From Verrucomicrobiaceae bacterium (GTDB lineage: Bacteria > Verrucomicrobiota > Verrucomicrobiia > Verrucomicrobiales > Akkermansiaceae): 64,000 nt of DNA. Below the pieces are notes generated by a model, which saw only the letters and a program-made list of their open reading frames with translations, had not been told where the DNA came from and searched no databases. The translations under genes were made by a program, and so were the position numbers. Location of the stretch: positions 416,001 to 480,000 of the forward strand of contig JBPOGH010000001.1 of NCBI GenBank assembly GCA_051252135.1, written 5' to 3'. This document shows, one piece after another, positions 38,949 to 49,147 of the stretch; position 1 is the first letter of the stretch, and each line of letters begins with the position of its first letter.

Positions 38949-39187
38949 CTCTCCTTGAAAAGATTGAAGCCCATTTTCCTTTCAGCTTCGATAGAACAGT
39001 CCTCCTTCACCTCAGGACGACATTCTTCCCTGGATGCAACGCCAAAACACTGTCGCATCAGAGAACGTCAGAACGCCGCCCTCTCTCACCCCTTGATCTC
39101 TGGACACCAACATCCGATCCTGTGATCAAAATACTCACCCACCATTTTTCTGCTCGCGACCTCCTCCCTCATCATTAGATTGCCTCC

Positions 39188-39922
39188 ATGAACATCACCG
39201 TTACCGGATGCAGCGGCCGCATGGGTCAATCCGTTCTCGCTGCGATCGAAGCCGAGCCCTCCGCCTACTCACACAGCACACACGATGTAGGCGAGGACCT
39301 GATGACCGCCCTCGAAGGAACTGACGCCGTCATCGATTTCACGATGCACCGCTTCACCAGCCAACTTGTCCAAGCGGCCCTGGCCACCAAGACCAAGCTC
39401 GTCATCGGCACTACCGGCCACAGCAACGAAGAGCGCGAAATCATCTACAACGCCGCCGAATCCATTCCCGTCGTATACGCTCCCAATTTCTCCGTCGGGG
39501 TGAATACCCTCTTCCACCTCACTCGTAAGGCCGCAGAGATTCTTGGAAATGACACCTTCGATATCGAAGTCACCGAGATGCATCACCGTCACAAAATTGA
39601 TGCTCCATCCGGCACGGCCCGCCGCCTCCTTGAAATCCTTAACGAAGTTACCCACACTTCCTACGATAACGACATCGCTCACGGACGATTCGGAAACATC
39701 GGGGCTCGCCCTTCCAAAGAAATTGGCATGCACACCCTTCGAGGGGGCGATGTCGTAGGGGATCACACCGTCATGTTCGCAGCAGATGGAGAGCGCTTCG
39801 AACTCACCCATAAAGCATCGTCCCGCATGACCTTCGCATCAGGCGCAGTCCGCGCCGCACTTTGGCTCGGTGACAAAGACTCCGGACTTTACGACATGCA
39901 GGACGTTCTGGGTCTCAAATAA
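39188..39922 (+). CDS. dapB: 4-hydroxy-tetrahydrodipicolinate reductase
   Basis: GCSGRMG, VIGTTG, APNFSVGVN, EMHHRHKIDAPSGTA, RGGDVVGDH. Confidence 0.96.
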   Translation: MNITVTGCSGRMGQSVLAAIEAEPSAYSHSTHDVGEDLMTALEGTDAVIDFTMHRFTSQLVQAALATKTKLVIGTTGHSNEEREIIYNAAESIPVVYAPNFSVGVNTLFHLTRKAAEILGNDTFDIEVTEMHHRHKIDAPSGTARRLLEILNEVTHTSYDNDIAHGRFGNIGARPSKEIGMHTLRGGDVVGDHTVMFAADGERFELTHKASSRMTFASGAVRAALWLGDKDSGLYDMQDVLGLK

Positions 39923-39928
39923 GTCACC

Positions 39929-40438
39929 ATGGCCCACCGCGCTGGTATCTCCCTTGGCTCCAATCTCGGAAACCGCCTTGCCAATCTCCGCAAGGGTCGG
40001 GACCTTCTCGTGAACCTCATGCCGGAGGGCACCAATTACCTCCAGTCATCCATCTACCAAAGCGAACCCGTTGACTGCCCTGCCGACTCCCGCGACTTCT
40101 ACAACGCCGTCATTGAAATCGACTTCATCGGCTCTCCACACGACCTCTTGAAAGCCACCCAGGGGATCGAATACCACATTGGACGGATCGCCGTCTCCCA
40201 GCGAAACGCTCCCCGCGTTCTTGACCTCGACATCCTCTATTTTGAAAACATCGTCATCGATGAAGACATCCTCACCCTGCCCCACCCGCGCCTCACTCAT
40301 CGGCGCTTCGTTCTGGGACCCCTTACCGATATTCGGCCTCAACTGATTCTCCCGGGAGACGAAACCACCGTCGGAGAACATTTTCGCAAACTTGATTCAG
40401 ACGAACCGGAACTCTCCCTCGTGCAAACAGTGTGGTAG
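39929..40438 (+). CDS. folK: 2-amino-4-hydroxy-6-hydroxymethyldihydropteridine diphosphokinase
   Basis: SLGSNLG, FYNAV, PRVLDLDIL, LPHPRLTHRRFVL. Confidence 0.94.
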   Translation: MAHRAGISLGSNLGNRLANLRKGRDLLVNLMPEGTNYLQSSIYQSEPVDCPADSRDFYNAVIEIDFIGSPHDLLKATQGIEYHIGRIAVSQRNAPRVLDLDILYFENIVIDEDILTLPHPRLTHRRFVLGPLTDIRPQLILPGDETTVGEHFRKLDSDEPELSLVQTVW

Positions 40439-40459
40439 AGTGCTTCTCAAGCAAGAGCA

Positions 40460-41218
40460 ATGACCCCTGAGGAAAAAACCCAACGCATTCGTGGACACAA
40501 GGGCGTAAAGCGCATTTCCGCGCTTACCGCCTACGACTACCCGACCGCCCGCCTTCTCGATGAAGCAGGCACCGACATCCTCCTGGTCGGCGACTCTTTG
40601 GGAATGGTCGTTCTTGGCTTTCCCGATACCACCCACGTCACCCTTGATCACATCATCCACCATACGGATGCCGTCGCCAGGGGCTCCCAAAACGCACTCA
40701 TCGTATCCGACCTTCCCATCAACACCTACCACACGCCGACAGAAGCTGTCGCAAACTCGCGACGCCTCATCAAAGCCGGAGGACAGGCCGTCAAGCTTGA
40801 GGGCGGAGTCCGTCAGGCTGAAAAGGTTAAAGCAATTACCTCCGAAGGCATTCAGGTCATGGGCCACCTCGGCATGCTGCCCCAGCGTGTTAAAGAAGAA
40901 GGAGGGTATAAAAAGAAAGGCAAGTCCGACTCGGAAGTCGACGCCTTGATAGAAGGAGCCCTTGCCCTCCAGGAAGCCGGCTGTTTCGCCATCGTCCTCG
41001 AAAGCGTCATCCCCACGGTTGCCCGGCGTCTCACTGGCGCCATCAATATTCCCACCATTGGCATTGGCTGCGGCAAGAAAACCTGTGACGGCGAGATCGC
41101 AGTGATCACGGACGTCATCGGCTCCTACCCTTGGTTCGTCCCTCCATTCGCTGTCCAGCGCGCAACCGTGGCCAGCGATATCTCGAAAGCAGCTCAAGCC
41201 TTCAACAAGGAAGCCTGA
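40460..41218 (+). CDS. panB: 3-methyl-2-oxobutanoate hydroxymethyltransferase
   Basis: LTAYDY, LLVGDSLGM, VKLEGG, MGHLGMLPQ, PTIGIG. Confidence 0.95.
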   Translation: MTPEEKTQRIRGHKGVKRISALTAYDYPTARLLDEAGTDILLVGDSLGMVVLGFPDTTHVTLDHIIHHTDAVARGSQNALIVSDLPINTYHTPTEAVANSRRLIKAGGQAVKLEGGVRQAEKVKAITSEGIQVMGHLGMLPQRVKEEGGYKKKGKSDSEVDALIEGALALQEAGCFAIVLESVIPTVARRLTGAINIPTIGIGCGKKTCDGEIAVITDVIGSYPWFVPPFAVQRATVASDISKAAQAFNKEA

Positions 41219-41221
41219 CAC

Positions 41222-41626
41222 ATGATTTCCGCTGATAAAAAAGCGGCCATGAATGACCGCATGATCAAACTGGGCATTCTCGAGGATGACCTTGTCGAGA
41301 AGTTTGTTCGCGGCACCGGAAGCGGAGGTCAAAAAATCAACAAAACCTCCTCCTGCGTCTTCCTCCGGCACCCACCCACCGGTCTGGAGACAAAAGTCCA
41401 ACGGGATCGTTCTCGTGAAATGAATCGCTACCTCGCACGCAAGGAGCTTTGCGATCAACTCGAGGAAATCATTCTGGGCAAAAAGTCCGCCCGTCAGCAG
41501 GCTCGTGAAAAAATACGTCGTCAAAAACGCCGGCAATCTCGTCGGCAGCGAGCCAAAAACGTATCCCTTAAGCGCCAGCACGGAGCCAAAAAATCGCTTC
41601 GACGCCCTCCCGGCGCCTCCGATTGA
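41222..41626 (+). CDS. Short GGQ peptidyl-tRNA hydrolase (release-factor-like ribosome rescue factor)
   Basis: EKFVRGTGSGGQKINKTSSCVFLRH plus a very basic C-terminal tail. Confidence 0.88.
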   Translation: MISADKKAAMNDRMIKLGILEDDLVEKFVRGTGSGGQKINKTSSCVFLRHPPTGLETKVQRDRSREMNRYLARKELCDQLEEIILGKKSARQQAREKIRRQKRRQSRRQRAKNVSLKRQHGAKKSLRRPPGASD

Positions 41627-41668
41627 TTTTTCCATTCCCCTCTCTCCGAACTGCGCTTTAATTCCCCC

Positions 41669-42478
41669 ATGCAAACTTACCTCGACCTCCTCCGCGACGT
41701 TCTCGATAACGGAGAAGAACGGGGTGACCGAACCGGGACCGGAACCCTGAGCGTCTTCGGCCGTCAAGCCCGCTATGACCTCCGCAAAGGCTTCCCCTGC
41801 CTTACCACCAAAAAACTCCACCTCCGGTCCATCATTCACGAACTCCTCTGGTTTCTGAAGGGTGACACCAACATCGCTTACCTCAGGGAGCACAAGGTTC
41901 GCATCTGGGACGAATGGGCGGATGAAAATGGCGACCTCGGCCCCGTCTACGGACAACAATGGCGATCTTGGCCAACCACATCCGGAGACTCAATCGACCA
42001 GATTAAACGGCTCGTCGATGACCTCAAAAACAAGCCCACCTCACGACGCCACATCGTCTCAGCGTGGAATGTTGGAAAGGTCGACGAAATGGCGCTCCCG
42101 CCCTGCCACCTCCTCTTCCAGTTTTACGTCCACGATCCCGAATCCGAACGCCCGGGCCTCAGCTGCCAACTTTACCAACGGAGCGCCGACCTGTTCCTGG
42201 GAGTTCCATTCAATATCGCTTCCTACGCCCTCCTCACCATGATGATCGCCCAAGTCTGCGGTTTTGAAGCGCGGGATTTCGTCCATACCTTTGGCGACCT
42301 GCACCTCTACTCCAATCACCTCGATCAGGCGAACGAGCAACTCTCCCGCGCCCCCTTTCCACTGCCCACGATGAAAATCAATCCGGAGATCGATGACATT
42401 GACTCCTTCAGTTTTGACGACTTTGAGCTGGTCGGCTATCAAGCCCATCCGCACATTAAAGCCACTGTCGCTGTATGA
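41669..42478 (+). CDS. thyA: Thymidylate synthase
   Basis: [44 protein letters not shown]. Confidence 0.97.
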   Translation: MQTYLDLLRDVLDNGEERGDRTGTGTLSVFGRQARYDLRKGFPCLTTKKLHLRSIIHELLWFLKGDTNIAYLREHKVRIWDEWADENGDLGPVYGQQWRSWPTTSGDSIDQIKRLVDDLKNKPTSRRHIVSAWNVGKVDEMALPPCHLLFQFYVHDPESERPGLSCQLYQRSADLFLGVPFNIASYALLTMMIAQVCGFEARDFVHTFGDLHLYSNHLDQANEQLSRAPFPLPTMKINPEIDDIDSFSFDDFELVGYQAHPHIKATVAV

Positions 42479-42936
42479 TACTTACTGGAATCGTTGCCAT
42501 GACACCCGAGCGCGTCATCGGAAGAAACGGAGACCTCCCCTGGAGCATTCCCGATGATTTGAAATTCTTCAAAAAACAAACCTCGGGACACCCCATCGTC
42601 ATGGGGCGAAAGACCTTCGAATCCATCGGGCGTCCGCTTCCAAAGCGGGAAAATATCGTCATCACCAGTGACCCTGCTTGGCATCATGACGGAGTCGAGG
42701 CAATCCATCATCCTCGCGATCTGAATGATCAAAATCTCGTCAACCAACGAGTCTACATCATCGGCGGCTCCCAGGTTTATCGCTTCTTCCTTCCAATGAT
42801 GACAGACCTTATCATCACCCACATCAACGAGTCATACGAGGGAGACACCTACTTCCCCGAATATGACAAGGAGTTCCCTAAAAACGAACTCATCTGGGAA
42901 CAGAAAGAATTTACCATCAAACGTCACTTTCGCTAA
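42475..42936 (+). CDS. folA: Dihydrofolate reductase
   Basis: [49 protein letters not shown]. Confidence 0.95.
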   Translation: MILTGIVAMTPERVIGRNGDLPWSIPDDLKFFKKQTSGHPIVMGRKTFESIGRPLPKRENIVITSDPAWHHDGVEAIHHPRDLNDQNLVNQRVYIIGGSQVYRFFLPMMTDLIITHINESYEGDTYFPEYDKEFPKNELIWEQKEFTIKRHFR

Positions 42937-42950
42937 AACCAAGAACAATC

Positions 42951-43337
42951 ATGGCCAACTCATTCGAACTAACCGGAACCCTCAAGGTTCTTGAAGACAC
43001 CCAAACTTTTGCCAGTGGATTCGCTAAACGTGAATTCGTCATCGAAGTCCCCGACGGACAATATCCTCAAATGGTCAAGTTTGAGTGCGTTCGGGACAAG
43101 ATCGACCAACTGAATACCCTCAACATCGGAGACACTCTCAAGGTCACCTTCGATATCCGGGGTAACGAATACAAGGGACGCTACTACGTAAACCTGAACG
43201 CCTGGAAAATTCAGTCCGAGGGCGGGGGCTCCGCTCAACCATCTGCCCCTGCCGCAGCCGACGAACCTCCGGCCTCCGCGTTTGACAATAACTTCGACAG
43301 CGAATCCGAAGCGACTGAGGACGACATCCCGTTTTAA
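42951..43337 (+). CDS. DUF3127 family OB-fold (SSB-like) protein
   Basis: FAKREFVI, YPQMVKFE, VTFDIRGNEY, LNAWKI, SSB-type acidic tail DDIPF. Confidence 0.8.
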   Translation: MANSFELTGTLKVLEDTQTFASGFAKREFVIEVPDGQYPQMVKFECVRDKIDQLNTLNIGDTLKVTFDIRGNEYKGRYYVNLNAWKIQSEGGGSAQPSAPAAADEPPASAFDNNFDSESEATEDDIPF

Positions 43338-43363
43338 GAGATTCATCCTCAAATTCTCTCCAT

Positions 43364-43395
43364 ACCCCGGTAAGCACAGCTTCCCGGGGTTTTTT
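43364..43395 (+). terminator. Intrinsic terminator after the folA/DUF3127 operon
   Basis: ACCCCGG..AAGC/GCTT..CCGGGGT followed by a T tract. Confidence 0.7.
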
Positions 43396-43404
43396 GGAGC
43401 CCAC

Positions 43405-43440
43405 AAAAAACCCCTTCCGACATTGGTCCGGAAGAGGTTT
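43405..43440 (-). terminator. Intrinsic terminator after the SNF2 helicase gene
   Basis: Minus strand AAACCTCTTCCG...CGGAAGGGG followed by T6. Confidence 0.7.
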
Positions 43441-43459
43441 CGAAAGTTAAGTGGGGCTC

Positions 43460-46400
43460 CTACTTTTTGGGCTCCTTCTTGGTCGCCTTTTTAGCGGCCT
43501 TTTTGGTCGCTTTCTTGGCAATTTTCTTTGCCGGAGCCACTGTTCTTTTGATGGCTTCGACCTCGATCGCATCAACCACACTGGGCCGATCTTTAGGCGG
43601 AGGCGGAGGAGTCAAATCCTCGTCATCACTTCCACCATGGCTCAGAATAAACTGAAGGTCCTCAACTCCCAGATTGGAGGCAAATCCCTCGTCGCCCAAA
43701 ATATTGGTCACCAATGCCGTCTTCTGGTGCTGCAGAATCCTAATCTTCTCCTCCACCGAATCACGGGTCAGGAGACGATAAGCGATGACCTTATTCTTCT
43801 GACCAATTCGGTGCGTCCGGTCGATTGCCTGATTCTCCACTGCGGGGTTCCACCATGGATCATAAAGAATGACGTAAGACGCCGATGTGAGGTTCAGACC
43901 AGCTCCACCTGCTTTGAGGGAAAGCAGAAAGACCGAAGGATCCTTGGTCGTCTGGAACTTCTCAATCTCTCCTTTCCGGTCCTTTGTCTGACCGGTGAGG
44001 TAATTGAACGGGCGACTCTCCACCTCCAGACGCGTCTTGATAATATCAAGCATCGAGACGAACTGGGAGAAAACGAGCACCTTGTGGTTTTCCTCGCGAA
44101 GTTGGTCGAGCAAGTAAAAGAGCGCATTCATCTTGGCGCTTTCCTCTTTCAACCACTTCGGATCGATCAAACCGGGGTGACAACAAATCTGACGCAAACG
44201 CATCAAGCCCTGAAGAATCGCAAAGGAATTCTTCTTCACCGCCTCGTCGGAATCGAGTCCCAAAAGGGCCTTTTGAATTCTCTTGAGCTCGGCTTTGTAG
44301 AGTTCCTCCTGGATACCCTCCATACCTGCAAACACTTCTTCCTCAGTACGGGGCGGAAGGTCTTTCGCCACTTGCGATTTGGTCCGTCGTAGCAGAAATG
44401 GTCGAAGTCGCGCCGCAAGGCGTGCCTGACTGGTGGGATCCTTCCGCTTGTCAAAGCGGCGTTTGAAATAGGCTCGTGTTCCAAGAACACCGGGCATTGC
44501 GAATGCCATCAAAGACCACATGTCCATCAAACGGTTCTCAATTGGAGTACCGGTAAGAACCAAACGGTTCTCGGCATCCAATTCACGGGCACATTTTGCA
44601 GCCTTCGAATCAGGGTTCTTGATTTGCTGTCCCTCATCAAGAATCACAGTCAACCAGCGGACCTTGTTCAATTGATCGCCACACACCCGAAGCTGCGCGT
44701 AGTTAAGCACCAGGATATCAAGAACCTCTTCCACCTCTTTGAGATCAAGGTCGTCGCGGGTTCTCAGAACCTTCACTTTCAGTTCTGGCGCGAATTTCCC
44801 CGCTTCGGTCGCCCACACGTCCAAAACGGACTTCGGACAAACCACAAGCGCAGGTCCAAGCTTTTTCTTACTCTTCGTGTTTTTATGGGCGTATTCGCGA
44901 AGCCACAAAAGATAGGTGATACTCTGAATCGTCTTACCCAGTCCCATGTCATCAGCCAGGATTCCTCCAAAGCCATTGGTCGCAAGATAGGCCAAAAACT
45001 GGTATCCCTCCACCTGATACGGACGCAAAGTCGCATTCAACTCGGCAGGGACGTCGGGAGTCACATCAATCTTGATTTCCCGCGCACGGTCTTTGATTCG
45101 CTTCCAGGCTTTGGGATCGAATACTTCGGCCGCCTTTGGGTCAGCCAACTGCATTGCATGCATCCGGTGCGTTTCACCGGTAAGATCGAAGGGATCCAGA
45201 CCCAAACGAGTCACCGCATCCCGCTGATCGGGGTCGAGCTTGATCTCCAGACGCATCCAGGAACCGTCATCCATACGCACATATCCGCCCCGGGCTGCCA
45301 CCAACTGGCGAATCTGTGCTTTGGAAAGATTGACTCCGTCCACGTCGATCACCACCCGCAGGTCAAACCAATCGATCTCCTGATTGACAACCTCGAACCG
45401 AATTGCCGCTGAAACAGGATCGGCAAGAATGGTTTTGAGCTTTTCCTCAATGTCCAACTCAAGTGATTTGGGCATCCGACCGATCCACTCGGCAAACTTT
45501 TCAGGAAACTGCTTCGTGATCCGACCTTTGAAGGCCTCAAGCTTCTCATCGTAGGTCAAGCCCATCTCCAGCAAAAGCTCGGGAACAGGATACAGCTTTT
45601 CACGGGCAAACCTTAAAAGTGCCTTTCCTTTGACAGGTTGTTGTTCAATGAGATCCCATCCTGCTTTAATTAGCTTTTCGACTCGTCGCCCTTTCGCCTC
45701 GAAAGCTTTCACATCGACGACAAGGTGCTCGGTCTCCGCAGCAGTAAGACCCTGCTCCACCCACATCTTAAAGTTCGGATACAGATCCAGATCTGTCACC
45801 CGCTTCTTCATCGAAGTCGGAAGACTTGCCCCAATTTTTCGAAGAAATTCAACCCCTTCCAGAGAATCGATCACTGAAACAGGGATGCTGTAACGTGGCA
45901 TGATCTCTGTATCTTCAAGCCAGCGGGATGGTCCCGGAAAGACCGTTTCATCGGACTGGTAGAGTTCGGTCCGGCCGGGGAGAAGTCGAACCGAGTGCGA
46001 GACATTCTCACCGGACTTGGTCACCAGCTGCAACTCGAAGGAGTTTGGATCGGACGGATCGTCATTGCACTTCCACCTCAGAGGCTCGTTCACAACACGG
46101 AAAGGACGCTCATCGAGGTTGACCATGTATCCCTTCAATTCCTTCTGATGGAAAAGCAGGTTCATGAAACAGCACGCATCCTCATTCTCGAGGTCGAGAT
46201 AACATTCTCCGGTCTTTTCGGTGTAACGAAGGAAATGCTCCCAAAGAATCTGGGAAGCGGCGTCCATCCGCAGAGCAGAAGCATCAAAAAGCTTCAAAAT
46301 CCGTTCAATCTCCCCCTTCTCTCGAAGCGAAACCCATTCTTGGAGCTCTTCGCGGGCCTCCACCCGGGCTTCGTTGATCGTCGATACGAGACGAAACTCG

Positions 46401-47131
46401 ATTTTGTGGGGGATTTCCTGCGGTGGACGCTCATTGACACTCTCAATTCGATCATACCATGCCGCGACCTCGCGTTCCATTTCCCAGTCACGCATCCTAC
46501 GCTGGACAGCCTCCAAATCGGTAATGGCGTCCATGAAGTCCGGATACGGCAACTTCTTTTTGTAGAACGCGTAAGCGAGATAATTCCAAAACTCGAGAAT
46601 ATCACCCGGAGGCACCGGCCAAAGCTCCAACGGCTCATAACTCGCGATCTCCCACCGGGGATTAAGCCGAACCATGTCATGATCGTGAATCTCTCCTTCA
46701 ATGACGTAGCGACGATACCGCTTCTCGACTCGTGTCACGAAATCGGCCTCTTTATCGTCCAACTCCCGATCAAGCTTCTCTTCAATCAGATCAACTACCG
46801 GTGTATCGTCAAATTCGTTGGGTGACTCCGGAAGATCCTCTCCACGGTGAAGCCTTTCCAACATCGCCGCAAACATCACCGCTCCGGCCGTATCATCTTC
46901 TTCGGCGGAACAGCTTCCAAACCAACGGTTGCCCTGCAGTCTCAGGGTTGTTCTGTGGCTCGTCCCCTTTTCATCGACCCTCCCCTGGATGAACAAGTGA
47001 TTTCCGAAAATCTGCGTGACAGCACCTTCTTCTTGCAGCTCCTCGCCTCGCTGGCGCACAGCTTCCGGAAAACTATTGAGAAAATTAAGAGTCGCCCGAT
47101 CCGGGTTAAGTGCTGACATGTTGCTAGCCAT
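43460..47131 (-). CDS. SNF2/SWI2 family helicase
   Basis: LRPYQ, GILADDMGLGKT, ILDEGQQIKN, LTGTPIEN, VLVFSQF, SLKAGGAGLNLT, DPWWNP, DRTHRIGQ. Confidence 0.94.
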   Translation of the reverse strand: MASNMSALNPDRATLNFLNSFPEAVRQRGEELQEEGAVTQIFGNHLFIQGRVDEKGTSHRTTLRLQGNRWFGSCSAEEDDTAGAVMFAAMLERLHRGEDLPESPNEFDDTPVVDLIEEKLDRELDDKEADFVTRVEKRYRRYVIEGEIHDHDMVRLNPRWEIASYEPLELWPVPPGDILEFWNYLAYAFYKKKLPYPDFMDAITDLEAVQRRMRDWEMEREVAAWYDRIESVNERPPQEIPHKIEFRLVSTINEARVEAREELQEWVSLREKGEIERILKLFDASALRMDAASQILWEHFLRYTEKTGECYLDLENEDACCFMNLLFHQKELKGYMVNLDERPFRVVNEPLRWKCNDDPSDPNSFELQLVTKSGENVSHSVRLLPGRTELYQSDETVFPGPSRWLEDTEIMPRYSIPVSVIDSLEGVEFLRKIGASLPTSMKKRVTDLDLYPNFKMWVEQGLTAAETEHLVVDVKAFEAKGRRVEKLIKAGWDLIEQQPVKGKALLRFAREKLYPVPELLLEMGLTYDEKLEAFKGRITKQFPEKFAEWIGRMPKSLELDIEEKLKTILADPVSAAIRFEVVNQEIDWFDLRVVIDVDGVNLSKAQIRQLVAARGGYVRMDDGSWMRLEIKLDPDQRDAVTRLGLDPFDLTGETHRMHAMQLADPKAAEVFDPKAWKRIKDRAREIKIDVTPDVPAELNATLRPYQVEGYQFLAYLATNGFGGILADDMGLGKTIQSITYLLWLREYAHKNTKSKKKLGPALVVCPKSVLDVWATEAGKFAPELKVKVLRTRDDLDLKEVEEVLDILVLNYAQLRVCGDQLNKVRWLTVILDEGQQIKNPDSKAAKCARELDAENRLVLTGTPIENRLMDMWSLMAFAMPGVLGTRAYFKRRFDKRKDPTSQARLAARLRPFLLRRTKSQVAKDLPPRTEEEVFAGMEGIQEELYKAELKRIQKALLGLDSDEAVKKNSFAILQGLMRLRQICCHPGLIDPKWLKEESAKMNALFYLLDQLREENHKVLVFSQFVSMLDIIKTRLEVESRPFNYLTGQTKDRKGEIEKFQTTKDPSVFLLSLKAGGAGLNLTSASYVILYDPWWNPAVENQAIDRTHRIGQKNKVIAYRLLTRDSVEEKIRILQHQKTALVTNILGDEGFASNLGVEDLQFILSHGGSDDEDLTPPPPPKDRPSVVDAIEVEAIKRTVAPAKKIAKKATKKAAKKATKKEPKK

Positions 47132-47328
47132 GATCTGTTGTAAATAGATGTGATAAGCGTCGTCACCCCTCCTGATTCAAAGGGACCGACGACGCTGCGG
47201 TTATCCTAACAGCGGTTTTCAAAGCAATGCAATCAAAAGCAGTAAGGAATTGCAGCCCATACAGGAAAGATACTTAAGATCAATGAAAGAATCAGCCTCT
47301 AGCCACGTTATTCTCCTTGCGACAAACG

Positions 47329-48612
47329 ATGAAAATCTCCAAGCGCCACCTCCTAACCTCCAGCTTTTGGGCTGGAACTCTGGGCGTCGGAATTCTCATC
47401 GGGCATGAAATTCAGCCCCCCTCGGACCCCACTGCAAACCGGGAGATTTCCAAAAGCGACTCGAATCAACTTGGTCCAACCACCGCCCCCCTAAAACGCC
47501 CTACCAATAATCCTCGCGACATCCCACCTTCTGATCATTCTCTCCATGGCTCCCCGGAAGAGCGCCGCGAACAAGCAAAAGCGCATCTGGCCGAAATTCT
47601 CAATATCAGCAGTAGGGTCGAACGCACACGGAGTCTTCTCACCTTCATTGACCATCTCAACCCATCGGACTTTGAAAGCGTGGTTTCCGGATTCACCGAA
47701 GCAGGCTGGGTCCAATTCAATCGTTCCGAATTCTCATTCCTCCTATCCAGCTGGATGTCTCAGGATCCATTCTCCGCGCTGGATTACCTTAAAAAAAACG
47801 AAACCGACGGTTGGGCCAGACGGACTGCCATCGCCGCATGGGCATCAGAAAATCCTGCTATTGCTGCCTCGGCTATCCAGGGATTGGAGGACCAGGGCCA
47901 GGTAAACGATTGGATCGTCGGCATGGTAAAAGGAATGGCGCGTAACGATCCTTCAACCGCCCTTTCCACCCTCCTCGACTTACCCGACGGTGACACCCGC
48001 CAACAGGGAATCAAAGAGATCCTTCCGGAAGTCGCAGCTCGGGGTCCTTCCTTTGCTTCCGAATGGATCGAGATGATTGGCGACCCCAAACTTCAAGTCG
48101 ATACCGCCAAACGTCTCGGTCGTGATCTTGCCAGGCAGGATCCGGAGAGCGCTTCACTCTGGGTGGCGGGCCTAACCTCCGTTCGATCTCGCCGTGATGC
48201 CTCTGAAGTCGTTTCTGAAATCTATGCATCCCAAGATGTCGATGCGGCAATGACCTGGGTTGAAACCCTCCCCCTGGATACCGCATCAGAAGCAGCCGAG
48301 GGCGTCACCACCCACCTCACCCGCCGTGATCCGGCCGAAGCCGCACGCTGGTTGCAAAGCCTTGGTGAAAATCCTGATCTCGATGGCGCAAGAATCCGCT
48401 TCCTACGTGAAGCGACGGACATCGATCCCGAGGTTGCACTCAACAATATTCACACCCTCTCCCGATCTTCGGATCAGGAAAACTATCACCGGCATATCCT
48501 TGGTCGGTGGAAAAGGCGCAATGAAGAAGCCGCCATCAATTGGGCCATCGAAAACTCGGAGTCCCTCTCCGAGCGCGTCTTCAACTCAGTTGTCCCAAAA
48601 AACCGCCGTTAG
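47329..48612 (+). CDS. Membrane-anchored alpha-helical repeat protein (DPxxAxxW repeats), paralog A
   Basis: N-terminal hydrophobic helix. Repeats QDPFSALDY, NDPSTAL, QDPESASLWV, RDPAEAARWL. Confidence 0.7.
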   Translation: MKISKRHLLTSSFWAGTLGVGILIGHEIQPPSDPTANREISKSDSNQLGPTTAPLKRPTNNPRDIPPSDHSLHGSPEERREQAKAHLAEILNISSRVERTRSLLTFIDHLNPSDFESVVSGFTEAGWVQFNRSEFSFLLSSWMSQDPFSALDYLKKNETDGWARRTAIAAWASENPAIAASAIQGLEDQGQVNDWIVGMVKGMARNDPSTALSTLLDLPDGDTRQQGIKEILPEVAARGPSFASEWIEMIGDPKLQVDTAKRLGRDLARQDPESASLWVAGLTSVRSRRDASEVVSEIYASQDVDAAMTWVETLPLDTASEAAEGVTTHLTRRDPAEAARWLQSLGENPDLDGARIRFLREATDIDPEVALNNIHTLSRSSDQENYHRHILGRWKRRNEEAAINWAIENSESLSERVFNSVVPKNRR

Positions 48613-48620
48613 GCGTATCA

Positions 48621-49055
48621 TCAGTCACACCCGCAGCCACCGCCGCCACTGCCACCGCAGCAGCCACCGGACTGGGATTGGGCAATATCTTCTTCCGTCG
48701 GAACACGCCCAAGTTCAAGAGTCATCCCCACCTGTTTGCTCACCGCCATCTGAAGTGTCTCCAGGCTCTGCTGTGCCTGAAGAAACTCCGAAGCCACCGG
48801 ATTTGCCAAAAGTGACTCACGGGCAGTTTCAAACTCACCAATTTCGGCCTCGGACAACTCCAGACCGGCTCCTTGCTTATTGTTAAGTTCCTGTCCGCGT
48901 TCGTGGACCGACTGATAGCTGAGACGAGCCTCATCGTTGTTGAGGAAGCGCTCAACCTTTCCAAGAAGCTCCTGGTATTCAGGCTCCGCTACGATCGCCT
49001 CGCAGAGTTCGCGGGTTTTCGACATCACAGCAGAATCATTTTCGAGAATTTGCAT
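48621..49055 (-). CDS. YlbF/YmcA (Com_YlbF) family regulator with a Cys/Gly tail
   Basis: ELCEAIVAEPEYQ...NPVASEFLQAQ pattern, tail GGCCGGSGGGGCGCD. Confidence 0.7.
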   Translation of the reverse strand: MQILENDSAVMSKTRELCEAIVAEPEYQELLGKVERFLNNDEARLSYQSVHERGQELNNKQGAGLELSEAEIGEFETARESLLANPVASEFLQAQQSLETLQMAVSKQVGMTLELGRVPTEEDIAQSQSGGCCGGSGGGGCGCD

Positions 49056-49147
49056 GGGCGACCCCTACCCTCCTCTCAAATGTTCCGCAACCGCCGAATG
49101 TAAAAAATCCGTGATGCACCATGCCCCGTTTCTGCTATTTTCCGTCC

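Noticed and set aside
38867..39187. tRNA-Leu as an integration site for an island
   Set aside because: No integrase and no duplicated tRNA 3' end seen. Core genes resume at dapB.
40397..41959. 520-aa minus-strand ORF
   Set aside because: Antisense to folK, panB, the RF-like gene and thyA, with no recognisable motifs. A codon-bias shadow.
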